From Bryobacterales bacterium (GTDB lineage Bacteria > Acidobacteriota > Terriglobia > Bryobacterales > Bryobacteraceae): a DNA stretch of 64,000 nucleotides. The position numbers and the translations under genes are program-made. This document shows positions 60,334 to 64,000 of this stretch, piece after piece. The stretch lies in the NCBI GenBank assembly GCA_003152325.1, contig PLZX01000060.1, positions 14,534 through 78,533 on the forward strand, in the 5' to 3' direction. Position 1 is the first letter of the stretch, and each line of letters begins with the position of its first letter. The notes beneath the pieces are model-generated. The model did no database searches. It had not been told where the DNA came from and saw only the letters and a program-made list of their open reading frames with translations.

Positions 60334-63300
60334 ATGTCCAGGTTCTTTATCCACCGCCCCATCGTCGCGATCGTCATCTCCATTCTGATGGTTCTGGCGG
60401 GCGCGGTCACCGTCGTCAACTTGCCGGTGGCTCAGTTTCCGAGCATTGTGCCGCCGGAAATTCAAGTTGGCGCATTCTATGTCGGCTCAGATGCGCAAAC
60501 GGTGGAGCAATCGGTTGCGGCGCCCATCGAGCAGCAGATGAGCGGCGTGGACAGCATGAATTACATGTACTCGATCAATTCGAGTGCGAACGGCCAGATG
60601 AACCTGGTGGTGAATTTCGATGTGAAGACAGATCCCAACCTGGATCTGATTCTGGCGCAGAGCCGGACAACATTAGCGGCAGCGGCACTGCCCACGGACG
60701 TGACGAATTACGGCATCACGGTGAAGAAGTCCGTGATCGCGCCGCTGATGTTCATCGCGTTGTACTCGCCAAATGGAACCCGCGACCCACGGTTCTTGGC
60801 GAACTACGCCGTCATCAATCTCAACGACCAGTTCACTCGCATACCGGGCATCGGCAGCGTGCAGGTATTCGGGGCCGGCCAGTACGCGATGCGTTTGTGG
60901 GTCAAACCAGACCGCCTGGCAAAGCTCGGCATCACCGTACCGGACATTGTTAGCGCCGTCCAAACGCAGAACACGGTGAATCCGGCCGGACAGGTCGGCG
61001 GTGAACCAGTGCCTCAAGGACAGGAATTCAACTATTCGGTTCGCGCGCAGGGCCGGCTGGTATCGGCCGATGAGTTCGGTAACATCATCATCCGCGAGAC
61101 GCCGGACGGCGGCATCGTGCGCGTCCGAGATGTAGCGCGGGTTGAGTTAGGAGTGGCCGACTACACCGCGCGAGGCCGGTTCAACGGCAAGCCGACCGCG
61201 AACATCGCGCTCTACCAATTGCCCGGCTCGAACGCCGTACAGGCCGCCGCCAGCGTGAAGAAACTTTTGAAGGAGGTCAAACAGCGATTCCCCGAGGATG
61301 TCGACTATTCGGTGGCACTCGATACCACTCGAGCGGTAACGGAAGGCATGCGTGAAATCCTGGTAACGCTGGTCATCGCGGTGGCGCTGGTGTTGCTGGT
61401 GGTCTACATTTTTCTACAAAGCTGGCGCGCCACCCTCATTCCTCTGCTGGCGGTGCCGGTCTCATTGGTCGGCACGTTTGCGTTCTTCCCGGTCTTTGGA
61501 TTTTCCATCAATACGCTTTCCATGTTCGGCCTGGTGCTGGCAATCGGACTGGTGGTAGATGATGCCATCGTGGTGGTGGAAGCGGTGGAGCGTCACATCG
61601 AAGAAGGCATGGCTCCAAAGCCAGCGGCGTTGCGGGCGATGCAGGAAATCTCCGGTCCGTTGATCGGCATCGCGCTGGTGCTCAGTGCGGTATTCGTGCC
61701 CACCGCCTTCGTCCCGGGCATCACCGGCAGGCTGTATCAGCAATTCGCGGTAACCATCGCCATCTCGGTAATTCTCTCCGCCTTCAATGCCCTCACGCTT
61801 AGCCCGGCACTGGCGGCGCTGCTCCTGCGTCCGAAGGTCAAGAGCCGTGGTCTGCTGAGCCGGGGCTTCGATTGGTTCAACCGGATGTACCGGAGCGGCA
61901 CTGAAAAATACGTGCGGCTGTGCGGTGCTCTGGTCCGCAAGACGGTTCTGGTGGCGCTGGCTCTGGTAGTCTTCGGAGCGGCGGGAGCCTTCTTTGGAAC
62001 CCGGCTGCCCACCAGCTTCCTGCCCGATGAAGACCAGGGTTACCTTTACGTAAACCTCTCGTTGCCGAATGCGGCGTCTCTGCAAAGGACCGATGCCGTT
62101 TGCTCGGAAATCGAAAAGATTCTGGCTGAGACTCCGGGAGTGGAAAGTTCCACCACCGTAATCGGCTTCAGTTTGCTGAGCTTCGTGCGCAGCAGCTATG
62201 GCGCGTTCATGTCAGTCACATTGAAGGATTGGGGAGATCGCAGGAGCCGGGCGGAGCAGTATCAGCAGATCCGCGAGCACCTGAACCGTGCGCTGGCCAA
62301 GCTTCCGGAGGGAACGGCCTTCACATTTGCACCGCCGGCGATTCCTGGCGTAGGAACTTCCGGCGGCTTCACCTTCATGCTGGAAGACCGGGCCGGCAGA
62401 GACGTTCAGTTCCTGGCGGACAATCTGGCCACATTCCTGGCTGCGGCTCGCAAGCGGCCGGAAATCGCCAGCGTGAACAGTCTCTGGGTTCCGAACGTCC
62501 CGCAACTCTTCGTCAATGTGGATCGGGACAAGGTCTTCAAACTTGGTGTGCCGCTCAACGACGTCTATCGCACCATCCAGACTTTTATGGGTGGTTCGTT
62601 CGTAAACTACTTCAACCGGTTCGGACGACAGTGGCAGGTTTACGTGGAGGCCGAGGGGGACTATCGCACCAAGGCGGAGAACGTCGGCCAGTTTTACGTG
62701 CGGAACAACCAGGGCGGCATGGTGCCGCTCTCAGCGCTGAGCAATATTGAGTCGCGGTCCGGGCCGGAATATACGGTGCGTTACAACCTATACCGCTCGG
62801 CGCAGATTACGGGCAGTGCCGCCCCCGGTTTCAGTTCCGCCCAGGCGATGGCGGCGCTCGAAGACGTGTATGCGCAAACCATGCCGCGCGAAATGGGATT
62901 CGACTATATGGGCATGTCCTTCCAGGAAAAGAAGGCGCAGGAGGGCCTGCCGGCATCGGCCATCTTCGGATTCTCGCTGGTCTTTGTGTTCCTGATTCTG
63001 GCGGCGCTTTATGAAAGCTGGTCGCTGCCGTTCAGCGTTCTGCTCAGTACGCCGGTTGCGGTCTTTGGCGCCTTTGCGGCTCTCTGGTTGCGCCGCGTAG
63101 TGGCCGGACTCCTGATGCCCGGCAATGTCGCACAGATCGAGAACGATGTGTACTCGCAGATCGGACTGGTAATGCTGATCGGGCTTGCCGGCAAGAACGC
63201 CATCCTCATTGTCGAGTTCGCCAAGAAGGCGCACGAGGAAGGAAGGCCTATGATCGAGGCCGCGCTGGAAGGAGCCCGCTTGCGGTTGCGTCCCATCCTG

Positions 63301-63534
63301 ATGACGTCGTTTGCGTTCATTCTAGGCTGCGTGCCGCTGTGGATTGCCTCGGGCGCGGGGTCGGTGGGACGGCAGATCATGGGAACCACCGTCATTGGCG
63401 GCATGCTGGCAGCCAGCGTGATCGGCGTCTTCTTTATCCCGGCGATCTTCCTACTGGTGGGAACCGTAGCGGGCACAGGAAAGAAGCGCGTGGTCTCCAT
63501 CGACCCGGAACCAGCGCCGGCGGACGGAGAGTGA
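60334..63534 (+). CDS. RND efflux permease (AcrB/MexB-like, HAE1)
   Basis: 1066 aa. MSRFFIHRPIVAIVISILMVLAGAVTVVNLPVAQFPSI. 12-TM RND architecture. Starts 2 nt after the MFP stop. Confidence 0.9.
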   Translation: MSRFFIHRPIVAIVISILMVLAGAVTVVNLPVAQFPSIVPPEIQVGAFYVGSDAQTVEQSVAAPIEQQMSGVDSMNYMYSINSSANGQMNLVVNFDVKTDPNLDLILAQSRTTLAAAALPTDVTNYGITVKKSVIAPLMFIALYSPNGTRDPRFLANYAVINLNDQFTRIPGIGSVQVFGAGQYAMRLWVKPDRLAKLGITVPDIVSAVQTQNTVNPAGQVGGEPVPQGQEFNYSVRAQGRLVSADEFGNIIIRETPDGGIVRVRDVARVELGVADYTARGRFNGKPTANIALYQLPGSNAVQAAASVKKLLKEVKQRFPEDVDYSVALDTTRAVTEGMREILVTLVIAVALVLLVVYIFLQSWRATLIPLLAVPVSLVGTFAFFPVFGFSINTLSMFGLVLAIGLVVDDAIVVVEAVERHIEEGMAPKPAALRAMQEISGPLIGIALVLSAVFVPTAFVPGITGRLYQQFAVTIAISVILSAFNALTLSPALAALLLRPKVKSRGLLSRGFDWFNRMYRSGTEKYVRLCGALVRKTVLVALALVVFGAAGAFFGTRLPTSFLPDEDQGYLYVNLSLPNAASLQRTDAVCSEIEKILAETPGVESSTTVIGFSLLSFVRSSYGAFMSVTLKDWGDRRSRAEQYQQIREHLNRALAKLPEGTAFTFAPPAIPGVGTSGGFTFMLEDRAGRDVQFLADNLATFLAAARKRPEIASVNSLWVPNVPQLFVNVDRDKVFKLGVPLNDVYRTIQTFMGGSFVNYFNRFGRQWQVYVEAEGDYRTKAENVGQFYVRNNQGGMVPLSALSNIESRSGPEYTVRYNLYRSAQITGSAAPGFSSAQAMAALEDVYAQTMPREMGFDYMGMSFQEKKAQEGLPASAIFGFSLVFVFLILAALYESWSLPFSVLLSTPVAVFGAFAALWLRRVVAGLLMPGNVAQIENDVYSQIGLVMLIGLAGKNAILIVEFAKKAHEEGRPMIEAALEGARLRLRPILMTSFAFILGCVPLWIASGAGSVGRQIMGTTVIGGMLAASVIGVFFIPAIFLLVGTVAGTGKKRVVSIDPEPAPADGE

Positions 63535-63535
63535 G

Positions 63536-64000
63536 ATGCGGCAGCCGCTGATTGTCCTCACCGTAGTGATCGCGATATCACTCACAGGCTGTGTGGTTGG
63601 CCCGAACTACAACCGACCGAAAATCGACACGCCCGACACGTTCCGCGCTCCCGCTCCGCTCTCCGCCACCGAATCGGCTTCGTTAGCGGACCTCAAATGG
63701 TGGGAAGTTTTTCAGGATCCGCGGCTCCAGGAACTGGTGCGCGTCGCGCTGGCGCAGAATTACGATCTCCGGGATGCGGCCGCCCGGGTAGAACAGGCAC
63801 GCGCGCGTTTGGGTGTAACCGAATCTTATCAACTGCCGAACGCCGGCGCGTCCGGGAGTGTGGACTCGGCCCGTCTCAGCCGGAATGGCGCGACGCCGTT
63901 GCCTCCGGCAATCATGCCGAATCAGAATCGGACGTTCGGCACGGCGACGCTGAATCTGCTCTCCTTCGAAATTGACCTTTGGGGACGGCTGCGGCGTGCG
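63536..64000 (+). CDS. RND efflux outer-membrane factor lipoprotein (NodT family), 5-prime partial in window
   Basis: Hand translation from ATG 63536: MRQPLIVLTVVIAISLTGCVVGPNYNRPKIDTPDTFRAP...WWEVFQDPRLQELVRVALAQNYDLR. Lipobox LTGC. Frame is open to the window end. Confidence 0.8.
   Translation, partial: MRQPLIVLTVVIAISLTGCVVGPNYNRPKIDTPDTFRAPAPLSATESASLADLKWWEVFQDPRLQELVRVALAQNYDLRDAAARVEQARARLGVTESYQLPNAGASGSVDSARLSRNGATPLPPAIMPNQNRTFGTATLNLLSFEIDLWGRLRRA

Noticed and set aside
1-64000. CRISPR arrays, rRNA/tRNA genes, prophage, toxin-antitoxin or defence-system genes
   Set aside because: I saw no regularly spaced direct repeats, no RNA-gene signatures, and no phage, integrase or nuclease-type ORFs while reading the window. 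The only mobile DNA is the decayed IS.

Overview
High-GC bacterial chromosomal window. Gene content and the TonB-receptor architecture suggest Acidobacteriota, but that is inference only. I count about 60 protein-coding genes and saw no rRNA, tRNA or CRISPR array.

The dominant feature is ten paralogous two-gene cassettes between 18.1 and 58.7 kb. Each has a small 130-190 aa protein (called b here) directly followed by a 280-380 aa xylose-isomerase-like TIM-barrel protein (called a here). In every pair exactly one partner carries a Tat-type signal. Eight a subunits use an unusual T-R-K-x-F-L motif. In two pairs the signal sits on the small subunit instead.

The cassettes are interleaved with the following genes:
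- four Gfo/Idh/MocA oxidoreductases, three of them with Tat signals
- two amidohydrolase_2 (LigW/ACMSD-like) proteins
- a CocE/NonD hydrolase
- an acidobacterial-type TonB-dependent receptor
- MFS, NCS1 and SSF transporters
- a CoA-dependent catabolic gene set
- a 7-heme cytochrome c / ApbE operon
- an RND efflux operon

The pair architecture matches what is known for C-glycoside deglycosidases (TIM-barrel alpha plus small beta subunit acting on 3-keto-glycosides). I therefore read the locus as a massively expanded, probably periplasmic, oxidation-elimination glycoside-cleavage island. This assignment needs HMM and structure confirmation.

Other items:
- a decayed IS1380-like element with 18-bp inverted repeats and a 4-bp AATA duplication
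- an apparent +1 frameshift in the symporter gene
- two ToxR/CadC-like membrane regulators, which are the only DNA-binding candidates I see
- recurring GTATCG / CGATACT-N3-GTACCG boxes in promoter regions
- a REP-like palindromic element
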